Origin: Chlorokybus atmophyticus | Lineage: Eukaryota > Plantae > Mesostigma and Chlorokybus algae | Direction of reading: 5' to 3' | Length of the DNA stretch: 64,000 bases | Assembly: GCA_009103225.1 (NCBI GenBank) | Contig: RHPI01003488.1 | Span: 248,001 to 312,000 of the forward strand | Part shown: one piece after another, positions 1 to 12,335 of the stretch | How positions within the stretch are numbered: the stretch's first letter is position 1 | Layout: each line of letters starts with the position of its first letter | Program-made: the position numbers and the translations under genes | Notes under the pieces: model-generated | The model's input: only the letters and a program-made list of their open reading frames with translations | Told to the model about the DNA's origin: nothing | The model's database searches: none

Positions 1-408
1 CCTCCACGGGGGGGCGCACCCTTCTCTCCTCACTCGCCGCTCTCCTCCTCCTCACTCAAGGTGTGGCGACGCGGACTTGTAGCCCCCGCCAACCTATTGG
101 CGGCAAGCCTAGCTGCCTTGGCCGTGGCTTCCACATCCTCTCCAATGCCACGGGCACATTTTGACCGTGTGGTGGTTATGGAGATCGACCGCCTATCCTT
201 CCTTCAAACCACACTCGCCACCCATGCCAAAAATGGCGCCGTGCTAGGGTTTCAAGCGACTAGATAAGGAGCTTGTGACTCACAACTCACTCTAGTGAGT
301 GCTTGTGCCCCGAAGTGCCTAGGGCACTAGGGGCACAAACGTCTCATAACTTATTAACAAGTTCTTGAGTTCATGGGCGCGCATTTCATGCGCTTCATGA
401 ACTCATAT
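1..408 (-). mobile_element. 5' end (terminal repeat A plus start of gag) of a second copy of the PAT/DIRS-like element; runs off the left edge of the window
   Basis: 1-408 aligns with 22244-22663. About 210-408 is the same A repeat as 17705-17908 and 22460-22663. Confidence 0.85.
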
Positions 409-2389
409 CAAAGCGCATCAGTCTAGCAAGTGCGTTTACGCTAAGGCTGTGGTTTAATAGTATAGGGATAAACACGCCTGTAGATGATCCAAGAGCTTCC
501 ATAATTGAGAGGTTTTCTCCATTATTGTCATCAATGGTGGGGATGACGAAAAATTGCAAGATGATATTCGCTTTTTGTTATTGTATGCACGCGATGCTAC
601 GAAAACCTTCCATGATGTTACATTACTCAAATGGCATGGACAAGTTTGCGAACGCTCACACACCTATCTTAACAGGTAGCGGCTAAATTGAGATGTCCAG
701 CAACATCGAGGGGTGGATGAGCAACAACACGATGTGTTCGACATTGATATAGCCATTATGCGCTTGGCTCGTATTGCGCCTAATTTTTAAAACCCGAACA
801 CCTACTACTTGAATTGGCACATGTGGTTGGAGAACAAGTAGCTGCAAGCATAGTGGCAATAATCGCTTGGACTCTGGTGGTAGCGCCCGTGTTTGCCCCG
901 CCATTAGACAGTACAATACTCTACATGACTGTTGTCGGCATATACTCACGCGAGTGACATACTCACGCTCGTATGAAGTGGTCACGCGATTATCATGATG
1001 CTTGTGTTGTGCAACCCAAACTTGTGCACCGCGCCACATTGTTGCAATTTATGTGTAAGCCCTTAAATTAATTTCATGTGACGCTAGTGTCATCTAATAA
1101 ACTTGTTGGACTGCAGTGTTTGAAAACTGTTGTTGGCAATCCGCTGCATTCGACATGCATATACACCCTTGTATTAAAGATGTAGATTAATAGGGTCGTT
1201 GTATGCACCGACACAAGGATTATATGGCATGTGCATTTTACTAAAATTTGAAGACTCATAAATCAATGTCAAAAAGTAGCAGCCCTAGGTGGAATACCTA
1301 GATACGCTCTTAGAGGGGCGTATTCACGTGCTCCACACATAGGTACGCTCTGTGTGTGAAGGGCGGGTAAGGCAAAACCCTGTCATAACAAAGCCAAGCA
1401 CCCCATGCACACAGCAACCGAGCATCACATTTCGATCATTAAACTTGAAACACCATACTAATCTACCCTGTTACACTTCTTTGTATTGCCTTTTCACTCG
1501 GCTACAGGTGAGTTAACAAGCTATAAACGCCTTGTCGCCCACACAATGCTCCACACATCAAATTTGTTCGCCAAAAAGAACCCCAAGAGATACTGGCATA
1601 TGCTAGTGGCATATGCTAACATGGTGTAACACATGTCACCTTAGCCCTACATATAACTAGACACTGTATTACATATGATGCACTGGTGTAGTACATGTTT
1701 TCGCGCTCATCATGTGTCACATTTGCAACTTGTTAGTTGATTAAGCCTATCACATAATCATTGATTAGCTTCATGTAAGCTGCCTATCAGTGCCTTGTCC
1801 AATTTATCATGAGCAACGCTGAAGAGATTACGGATAGACTGTACGAGCAAACCACCTACATATCGCACACACCTAAGCAATTGAACTCGCATGTAATCAT
1901 GATGTAAGTATGACCCCATGCTATAGTATTAATTGCTTGAACAATTGAGAGCAATTTGCATGGCTTAGTGAACGTGATATCACACCCCACTTAACCATAA
2001 AAGACTATGCATTATGGTCAAGTCATAATTTGTTTATGTACCTTGCAGTGACATTCCCCCCCAATTTGAGAACGCTAACATCCTTGGCAGCTATTCATTT
2101 CAGCTGAAGGATTATTATAAGGGCTTAACTCAAGGTTGGTCACCCGCCCCCCGCATGACCGGCCCTGTTCAGGCCCATATTAGACAACCTCGCGCAGACC
2201 GCGCCAATACTAGCCCCACAGGTCGCATCGCAACAAGCATTGTTAAGAACTGACGTACATGTATGCATCCTATCTTATATGTGCGCTCTTACCAGGGGAA
2301 CACCAAGTGTAACATACAAGCATGTCAACACCAAAGGAAATATATTAAAATTCGACATGTATGCGCCACCTATAATGACTTAGATACTA

Positions 2390-2620
2390 AGCTAGTCAAC
2401 ATTAGAAAGAACTAGTCAACTCTGGTCAACATTGGGTTGTTTAAAGTCATCACTAGTCAACGGTTAAAGTTGAAGTTGACTATAACTGTCGTAACTCCCA
2501 TAACGCCCATTGGCTGTATCTCCCGTAGCACAACCGCCGCCCATAGTGTAAGAAACATCAACAAGCTGATTGTACCATAGGCATACTATATTAACAAACC
2601 TTATACTTAACCCTCAACAG
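2390..2620 (-). repeat. Highly degenerate Copia LTR-like remnant (family A/B motifs)
   Basis: Contains ctagtcaac/ggtcaac and ataactg..gtaactccc motifs shared with the Copia LTRs; ends not resolved. Confidence 0.45.
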
Positions 2621-3296
2621 GCAGGTCGCAACTTGCCTCGCCAACTATATCGGTCAGTTTAATGCGACCGCCGTCAAGCATGCCGCGACCAACTAATAAT
2701 GGCACTAATGTGATTATTCATAATGCTATTGGCTGAAGCAATGATTGCAAAAATCGTGTGCAAGGCAGAAAGCAAACCCGGATTTCAAGCTCCAATACCG
2801 ATGTCACAATTCACTCAACCGTACAAGACTTGCTGTTATGGTCGATTCATGGTCTATGTATGTACCTTCCCATTACAATGACAGTTCCTTGAAACCAAAC
2901 AAGGGTTCTGATTAAGTCTTAATAGAAACCAGATTTGTTGTGGTTCCGTGATCGGACCATCATATGGAGTATTGGCTAATATTCGCTTGCCGACATTACC
3001 GGCTAACAGCGCGTGACACTGGCCATTGGTGAACCTGCCATTGCAGATGCAAGCGGGCCTTAATCGCGCCATCAGCCAGCACCCTTTACATATAGCATAG
3101 CCCCGTTTTGCACATTGGGTAGCTGATTCAGTATGCCTTACAAAGCGCCGGCGCTGTAAACTTGCACGCCGTAATGGTAGTAGTTGTTGTTGTTGTGCTT
3201 GAGCTGAGCAGCAACGACGGCGGCGGCGGCGCTGACCTTGTTGTTGATGAGTGTGTTGAGGTGTTTTGCTGCTAGCTGCACAATTTAAATTGGGAG

Positions 3297-4330
3297 TTGC
3301 ATGAGACCGGAAACATGGTTATGGGGAACGGGGGGGATGGTGGTGAAGTTCGGTTGGAGCACATGCAGCGCCAGAGCATGGCCCGTTCGCATATGCTGCC
3401 ACTCCCCAACCCGCTGCACATTCAGCAACGCCGGTTACAGCTGCAGGCATTTTGGCAAAGCTTAAGGGAGGACCCGTCCTCACTAAGTTCTGCACAGCAG
3501 AGGACGCCGCGCTCAAGATATGAAAAGACGCTCAGCCTGTCACCCCACCTTTTGGCCGCTGGTGGAGTCCCTAACGCTCCAAATGAAGCTCGCCTTGCAT
3601 AGGAGCTCCACTTATACCCCGCTGTGCGGTCGCGTCTGCGAGCTGTGGACAGGCAGAAACACACGGAATGGGTGAAGGTGAAGGTAGAGTCAATACTTGT
3701 GCCCATAACGCATGACCATTCGCCTGCCTGCGGCATCAGTCTGCTGCATCCTCCCGAGGGTATTTATGACGTGCGCTTAGCGGTTGCGTCCACGCTCGTA
3801 TGGCTACCGGATGCTGCTCCCAATGCTACTCACTTTGTTGGTGATGCTAAGGGACATCTGCCCAAGATTCCACGTCTGCAGCGTGCGAAGGATGTTGATG
3901 ATGACACCGACCAGGCGCCACCTCTACCGGACACCACCCCGGTTTGTGATGATGGTAATGTCATTATGGCCATGAATGGATGTATCCTCAAGTTCATGCA
4001 CAAATCGCGCCAGTATGCCTTCTGGGACCTGGCTCGTGGCAAGAACTTGAGCTTCAAAGAGAAGCGCCTACTGGACAACATGCAGGGTTTTACGTTTCAC
4101 GATGACCCCCTTTTATCGTACATATTATATCAGCCGTATCAGGTAATAACGGCAGTATTTGTGCGGTCCCCATTATGCTGATGTATTTAGAATGCGGCCG
4201 CAAGCTTGTTTGGCAGGGCTAAGGTGGGCAAGATGTTCAATGAGCGCAAGCTCGTTGCGCAAGTTGATGCCTTGTACAGTGAGCAAGCTCGAGCCTGCAT
4301 GCGAAACCGCCCTCCCGAGCAGCTAAGCTG
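3297..4330 (+). pseudogene. Decayed ~340-codon reading frame of unknown, probably TE-derived, product
   Basis: ORFs 3297-3602 and 3624-4181 are in the same frame, separated by one TAG. Protein-like sequence continues in frame past further stops to ~4330. No recognisable motif. Confidence 0.4.
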
Positions 4331-4928
4331 TGGTAACACGTGCATGTTTTTGTGGCGTGCTGTGCCTACCAGGCATTAGGCTTGTTACAAGCCGTACCTT
4401 CATGGCAGGTGGTGGGGCTTGTTTGGACGTGCTTGGCAGCTATGGGTTGGGGCGCTTGCGGGTGTGCGCAGCTGCATTCATATGCGTGTCCGTATGCTAG
4501 CACGTGCAGCTGCGTTGGTGTTCGCTTCAAGCTAATGTTTACAGCTGCTGCATCCTGTGTCATGTCACCATTAATCCAACATATGAGCATGTACACACGC
4601 ACACATATTGCTTTACGGTTGTGTTTGAGTTCATTAAAGCATGTGTGCGCAGCTACTGCGTCGTGTGTCATATTGCTATTGATTCATCATAGGTGCGTGT
4701 ACAGCTGCATTGGTGTCTGCCATAAGCATGTGTTGCACCGAATGCATGTGCGATTGCGTGTATGTTCACTTCAAGCAGGTGTGTGCTACTACGTGATGCA
4801 TCTTATCACCGTTGATTTAGCACCGTCCGCGTGCAGCTGCATTTGTGTCCGCCCTAAGCTTGTGTGCACACCTGCCGCATTGGTATACGTTCAAGTATGT
4901 TTGCAGCGGTAGTGGCACGCGTTGTGTG

Positions 4929-6666
4929 TGTTGAGACCTAGTGATGCGCCCACTGTGTGTGTAGTTGCCTCTTACATACAAGTGTGCACACAGTAAAGAC
5001 AAGTGCAGCAAGCACGCCAACGACCGAGACAATGTGCGACCCGCTATAGTAAGCAATATACAGTGTCTTATATATCATGCTACTAAGCACTAGTCCACTT
5101 CACGCAATGTTGGTCAAAGTCAACACTAATCAACACTTGTGAATGGTTGAAGTCAATGGTCAAAGTTAAAGTCGATCATGGTTAACCATAACTGCCGTAA
5201 CTCCTGTAACTCTCATACCTCCCGTAACTATAAAGGTTAAGCTGATCATACCAACTACATGTAGGCGCCGCCTATACATGTACTTTCAACAACCTATAAC
5301 GTTTAACACTCCCACGCGAGCAGCTTGACCTTGAACTCCAAGTTCTTCTCGCAAGCTTACCCACCTGAACTTACTCCATTGAACACTCCCACGGATGTGT
5401 TGCTCCCATGGACTGGATGCTTGTCTCCATAACACTATCTTTCTCCTCGTGCTGCCAGTAGAACTACAAGGTTCCAGCACTCCTTGTTTCCTGCGCATAG
5501 TTGTTGCATCAGGTTCCACCACACCACATCTGAGGACTCCAACTTAGTCACTAGCGTAGCAAAGCTCTTTCCCAAGCCAGCTAAAACTGCCTACATTACC
5601 TCCTCTTCCTTTCATTGTGGCCCACTGCTGCAAGGTCTTGCCAAAGCTCCCTTGCACGCGAGATGTACTTTTGGATTGGCTCATTGTGCTCCATCATCAC
5701 AAGTGTCAGCTTGCGTCTCAGCTGCAACTTGCGCGAGTTGTTGTTGGCCTTAAAGAGGGTGTTGAAGACCTCCCACGCCTCACATCCAGTCATGCAATCC
5801 GCAATAAGTAGGAGATGGAAGTCTTTAACGTGCAAGCCTATCAGCGCAAAAGCTGATTGTGAGCTCTTGATCCAAATATCAGCGTCACCTGTTCTTGGCC
5901 GCAATGATGTGGTTTAATCTTGCAATCCACAACAAGAGGTGAGTTGGAAGTCTTTGACGTGCAAGCCTATTGGCGCAAAAGCTGATTGTGAGTTCTGTGT
6001 CCAGGTATCAGCGTCACCTGTTCTTGGCCGCAATGATGTGGAGGAGGTGGGGTTAGCAAAACTCCAGAGCTTCTTGTGAATCAGCAACAACTTCATCTTC
6101 AGTGACCATGAAGCGTAGTTGTGCAGATCAAGGGACTTGATGGGCATCCTATTTGTGTTAGCCATTGCTTGCTACATAATAGTACAACTCACCCTCTCCC
6201 CAAGAACACTCTACTAGTAGGCGCCTATGCTCAACACTTTCTCTCACTACCACAAGCAATCACACAAGCGATTGCAGGCCCATAACCTATTGAGCTTTAG
6301 TGATGCGCCAGTGTGTGTGTATTTGCCTCTTGCATACAAGTGTGCACACACCAGGGACAAGTGCAGCAAGCACGCCAACTATAGACACAATGTGCGACCT
6401 ACTGTATTAAGTAGTATACAGTGTTTTGTAAACTATGCTATTAAGCACTAGTCAACTCTAGTCAACTCTGGTCAAAGTCAACACTAGTCAACACTAGTTA
6501 ATGATCAAAGTCAACGGTTAAAGGCAAAGTTGATCATGGTTGACCATAACTGCCGTAACTTCTGTACCTCTCGTAACTCCCATAACTATAGAGGTTAAGC
6601 TGATCGTATGAACTACATGTAGGCGCCGCCTATACATGTACTTTCAACAACCTATGAGGTTTAACA
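4929..6666 (-). mobile_element. Non-autonomous Copia derivative (family B, copy 1): LTR-PBS-gag remnant-pol tail-PPT-LTR
   Basis: LTRs 4929-5308 and 6288-6666. PBS (rc GGTTATGGGCC) at ~6277-6287 and PPT (rc GCTCGCGTGGGAG) at 5309-5321. gag-like NYASWSLKMKLLL and ISRARELWQDL; pol tail ..REELGVQG. Confidence 0.9.
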
Positions 6667-6899
6667 ATGTCGCCGCTTATTCAATATGCGTCCGTGAGTA
6701 GCTGCGTGTTGTGTCCACCTTCAAGCGTATGTGCGCAGCTGGTGCGTGCTGATGAGGGCTTTTGTGTCAGCACCAGCCGTCTGTGCGTGTACCGGATGTG
6801 CGCATGTGTGCCACTGTTGCTTTAAGTAGCTTGCTAGCGTGCAGCTGCAAGCAGCCATTGTGCATCGAGTGGGTCAAGTAGTACTTTTATAATGGCCGG

Positions 6900-9800
6900 A
6901 GGGGTTAAACCTGCAGTTCACGCCATCTGGTGCGCGGTGTATGCGCATGTAGCACACCCAGTTCATGTGCTATCTCAATATTGCGTGCTGCGTGCAGGCA
7001 GCAACGTGGCCGCTCTACTAGGGGGGGCCAGCAAAGAGATGGTAAGGGTGTTTTGCAACAAGACACCCACTACTCTAAGAAAGGCCCATCATGGTGGTGG
7101 CCTGCTCCTCCCAATCACGATTGTGGTCAATTGAACGGACGCGGACGCGGACGAGGCGCTCAGCAGTATCTGTCAGGCCTTTCCTACCCTCCTTATGGCC
7201 GGTGGCCAGCGCCACCTATTGCATGGTAAGGTCCACCTCCATGGGTGAAGACGGAGGAGCACCTTGCCCACACACGCAAGTGGTGCGCATGCTATTATCT
7301 TAAGGTATTGTCACTAGTTTTGGAGCCGGCAAAAGTTTGTAGAGTGTACATTTGCAGGGTTGTTTATATTTTGCGGTAGTGTGTGCTGAGAACCATCACG
7401 CGTGCACATGTGTTTGATATACCGTAGATGACATGCAGCTTGCGCAGGGCATCGATAAGCGCTATAAGCCCCAAGTGTAATACATTATACTATGAGATGA
7501 CAATGTGCTGAGCCGGTGTTGTGCTAGTAGGACACTTAATGACAGCCATGACTTCAATCATAATGAGCTTATAGCACACAACATGACTATACCAGCTCCA
7601 TTAAAATCGGTGCTGCTATTGTGCATCAATCACCACAACTTGCAGCAGGCTTCACAAAATTAAACTGCCGTTTTTAAGCTGCCATATGCTTCGCATGCTG
7701 GCAATCCGCCATGTTTAAAGGCGGCTACTACAGTCAAACGCCCCCTGAGCGCCATAGTGACGAGCAATGCCTCAACGGCTTTGAGCGAGCAATTAATTTA
7801 TTGTGAGAAGTATGCCACGCATGCAGACTTTCCCCTATTTACAGTCCCTGAAGTCCCAGACTTACTGGGCACTTAAATACAGCAACCATTGCTGCATCGC
7901 GTTTAGTTGCCAGCATTACTACCCACAAAGCTTGCGGAGCCACCACCCGCCAATGCGAAGGTGTTTTGCTCAAATGTTAAGCAAGAGCATTTTGTGCGTG
8001 AACTCTGATGTAAGCTTAACAAGGTGCAAACCGAGCCAATGGATCCTTAGTGTGACGAGCATTGGTGGCAGCACGTTGTGCGCTCAGCAACACCAGATAG
8101 CAATCACTTTATGGCTGCTACATCTTGTCAAAGGCAAGCAGTGTTGCGCACGTGGTTGATCACTGACAAGATAATAGGTGTTCTTTGCTACGCTAGTTGA
8201 GTCAACGATACAAGTTGAGTTGGGTGGGCATAATGAAAACGCAGCAAAAGAAAGTTGAAAGAGGTGAAGCAGATGTTGCTGCAAGAGGATTGCATTACCG
8301 ATTATGTAATGCAAAGGGAAGCTCCAACATCAATAAAATTTTGCAATAGGCGATCAGCTACACAGCACCGAGCCTTTTTTTTGCTAAAGGATTTGAACAA
8401 TTTGATGCATTCAGGAGCAATGTCTGCTCAAAACCCGATGCAAGATGTGAAGGTAATTGCAGGATTTGGAGTGGTTGAAAATGATAGCGCCAAGCTGCAC
8501 CTCATTATGAATTTGAGATATATTAATGCAATTTCAGCACATACTCCCTTCAGTTATTAGCACCGGGATGATGCGTTGCTGTACACGCAAAGGCTATCAT
8601 TAAGTGACAGCGGACTTGAAATTAGGCTATTAAAATGTCCCAATATATGCAGATAGCAAGCCCTATTTGGCAACCTGCAAGAGTTGTACACCAATGGAAT
8701 GTGCTACCGTTTGGCCTCAGCCAAGCCTGTTTACAAAGCTTATGTCTACAATCTGCACACCCTTGCGCAAGCTAGGCATAGGCTGTTCACCATATATTGA
8801 TGACATGCATCTCAGCCATGTCAATTGCAGCCATATGTGCTGGCGCATCTTGCAATTATTGCGGCTGTTCAAAATTTTGAGCATGTTTGTCACCCTGCAG
8901 AAGTGCGTACTTTGGCCGCAACCACCTATGTCGCTATTAGGCCTGCTTTTGGTCACCGAGTGTGGTGTGTTCTGCATACCCTTTAACAAATTGCAGCGAT
9001 TGTTGGAGCCAACGCACAAGTTGATGAGCGCAAATGTGATGACAAAGTGCATGGTGGCACAGGTAGCAGGCAGGCTGGTGGCAATGACGTTGGCCTTAGC
9101 TCCCACATACTTATATGCGCGCTGGCTGCTATAGATAACCGCTGATCACTATAATTAAGATGAAGAGGTTACACCGCCGTCGTTGTTGGTGGACATTTGT
9201 TTGTGACTGCAGCGAAATGTGCCGGCATTAAATGGCTCGGCGTGCTAAAAGCCGCCAATGGCACATGAGTTGCGCGTGGATGCATCTGACACCATTGGCT
9301 GGGGTGCTACAGGCCCATGGGCGGCGACGGTGGGAACTTTGCTCCTTGGCAATATGGTCTGCCTTGAGTAGCGAAGGAGGCATTAGCATATGTGGATGCC
9401 CGTTTAGAGTTAATACAACAGCAACTAGTGTTGCATTATGCCACTAAAAGGATTGCTGGCGCTTGCTAACTTGCCGTGGCTATGCTGACAAAGTTGACAG
9501 CATTGTACATAGCTTTGCAAATGGCATTGCACTGTTGATGGCAAGTTTTTTGGGGAATAAGATTTTGCGGTCTGTATGGTTTTGGAGCCACGCGCGCATT
9601 TGGCAATTTGAGGATGCGCTCTCGAAGCTGCCAATCCAGGGGAATTGAGCACTAATAGACACACCCACTGCATGTGTCTAGTTCTTATTTAGCAAGCCTT
9701 GTGTGAATGGGTTTGCAGCGAACAGGAACGCCTCATCTGCAGCGTTCATGGCGGCGGCATCGGCACAGCTGTGGCCAATGCCGGGCAATGTGGGCAATGC

Positions 9801-11000
9801 ACTCACCTCCAATTGAGGCAAGCTTGGATGGAGGCGGGCAAGGGACTCTTATGGTTTCACCCTCCTATGACCCTCCTGCATCAAGCAATCACATCGTTTA
9901 TGCATTACCAGCTGCCAGCTATTGTGCTGCTACCAAAATGGCACTTTAATGTATGGTGGCATGCTGTCATGGTGTCTGGTGCAAGCAAGACATGCGCCAT
10001 ATAGGCAAGCGCAGGGGCTGGTTTGTGACATGGGCGAAAGTACATGACAATACCATCAATGCGAGATCTTGTCCAAATGTTGTGGCTTATATCACATGGG
10101 AACCAGAGGTACATACTCGTCATGCAAGTATAGATGCACACTTTGTGCTCCTTTCCACAATCCCTTAGCTTAAATGTCTTTTAACAACACACCTGTGCGT
10201 AGCGCATGCTGCGCACCACCTCGTTGGAATGAGTGCAATCCCAGGTAAGGGCAATGGATGCCACATTGTTGGCAGTGCTTTACAGATGCGTGATATACGC
10301 ATATCAACGCTAATACTGCACTCCTCCTAGTGTTTGTATTGCGGGCTAGAAAACAAATTTGGGGCCTTTTGGTTTATGCTGAAGGGGCTCTCATGTACAT
10401 GGCTCAAGTACAGCTCCAGCACTCTGCAGAATTTCACACTCAAGTCGCTCCTGCAAACTTTGATAGATGGTACCCGCCCTGTAATATAGTTCTTGAGATG
10501 GGTGGCTCGTGTACCGACGTACGTGCCGTCCATTAGTATATGTCTTATTTCTATGTGGGCATCTTCACTGCCTCTTTGCCATGTGCACCATAAGTACGTG
10601 CACAATGTGTAGTCACGCTAGACAATTACGCTTTTGTAAGTGGCCCGCATTGGTCTATTACTCTGCACTTGCGGCTAAAGTAGCATACCAGTATGTTCTC
10701 GTTGGCATGAGTCAAAGGTATGGCACGCACGAGCTGCTCATTAGCTCGAGCGGTCATCTTGACATCGCTAGCGCAATACTCACGCACATCCACAGACTCG
10801 CAAGAATTGCCTGCGGGATGACTTGTGCTCCACGGGCCCACTCCATTATACCACTTGAAACCAGCGCTTCCAAGCATAATGATCACCTTCAGGGTGCTAC
10901 TGGATATTATAAGTGTGCACCACTCTGGTCCTTGCGCCGGCTTTTGTGTTGTGCACGTCGCTCAAATGCCCGGTTAAGTAGGTCGCCACCATGGTCGAAG
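6900..11000 (+). mobile_element. Degenerate DIRS-order (tyrosine-recombinase) retrotransposon: gag tail, RT, RNase H, methyltransferase-like domain, probable YR remnant
   Basis: KLHLIMNLRYIN (~8490), YIDD (~8795), RVDASD..GWG (~9275) and WFHPP..L....IVLLPKW....WW (~9850-9960). Many stops and frameshifts; boundaries approximate; YR assignment weak. Confidence 0.75.
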
Positions 11001-11227
11001 TGACATCTGCCACGGCAACAATTAATACTTGCAAGTTGCCCATGAACTCCTGCCACACAAGCTCCCGCCAAGCGCGAGTACTCTCATGAGTGGCTGCAGC
11101 ACTAATGCGCTCCACATCGGCCAAGGCGAGTATGGACCATTGCTGCATGTTGCGCTGCAGTAAACTCCTATTGCCGACGTGCAATGGCCGTGTGCATTGG
11201 GTCTCCATATCAGCTTGAAGGGACCAA

Positions 11228-11315
11228 GTGAAGTCCATACCTGCGCATGTGACCTGAGTAGAACAGATGGTGTGAAGTCCATACCTGCGCATGTGACTTG
11301 AGTAGAACAGATAGT
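11228..11315. repeat. 44-bp tandem duplication (2 copies)
   Basis: GTGAAGTCCATACCTGCGCATGTGACYTGAGTAGAACAGATRGT twice, period 44. Confidence 0.95.
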
Positions 11316-11464
11316 GGACGCAATTGCTCATGTAAACTATTATGCCTTATCTCGACGGATAGCTTTTGGGCATGTATAGAAATCTATACATTTGATTGTT
11401 CTCGTCTAGCAGTGTTGTCTACTACCTTATGTTGAGAGGGAGGGTAGCAGTCAATATAGCACAT

Positions 11465-12335
11465 GATTGCTAAACCTGTTACAACTCTTACCACTGAAGA
11501 GGACATGTCATAGTACATGCCCGACTTTGCACACTATTGCAGATTATACTTAGCAACCATTTCGATTTACATCTTGCATCATGTAAGAGCTCATACATTA
11601 GCCAATACACGCCTGCCGACGTCACTGGCTGACAGGGCATAACACCAGCAATAAGTGAATTTGCCATTGCAAAGGATGTAGGCCGGCGTTGAATGCACCC
11701 TCAGCCTGCACCCTCTGCCAATATTACAGCCTCGAGCGCGCCCTTGGTAGCTGCAGCATAACTTGCAGGGTGCCGGCGCTATAAGCTTGCACGCCGTAGT
11801 AGTTGTTGGTGTCGTGCTTGATCAGAGCAGCAGCAATAGCGGCGGTGCTGAGCTTGTTGTTGACCCTCTTGCCACACTCTAACTTACGATATGCGTAATA
11901 CATCAATCGCGCGATTGCATATAAGTGTTATGTTGTCTCAATTGCACAACTGCATATGATCGTTACCGTCTGGTTGCACTTAGGTAGCAATCGCACGGCT
12001 ACATAGTATATGTTTTTACAATTGTCTCGACCACATGATATATTTCATTGTAAGGTTACGCGTAACACCCTATGGTATGAGTATTTGAATATTGTTTTCT
12101 TCCTTTCGATACGAATGAAGGGCGTATCGAAATCGTACGAAGGGCGTATCGAAATCGTGAAAATTGTGAATACAAGTATAGGCGATTGCTAAACCTGTTA
12201 CAACTCCTACCATTGAAGAGGACAAATCTTAGTGTCTTAATACATGCCCGACTTTGCACACTAGTGTAAGATTGTAGTTAGCAACCATTTACAACTTACA
12301 TATAAGTACATACTTGCATCGCGTGAGAGCTCATG
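11465..12335. repeat. Pair of ~140-bp imperfect direct repeats ~720 bp apart
   Basis: GATTGCTAAACCTGTTACAACTC...CATGCCCGACTTTGCACACTA...AGAGCTCAT at ~11465-11600 and ~12185-12335. Confidence 0.85.

Noticed and set aside
430-2100. Possible Gypsy remnant (PPT-like run at ~2070-2085, weak RT-like words at ~700-900)
   Set aside because: Motifs are too degraded to assign and no LTR pair was found.
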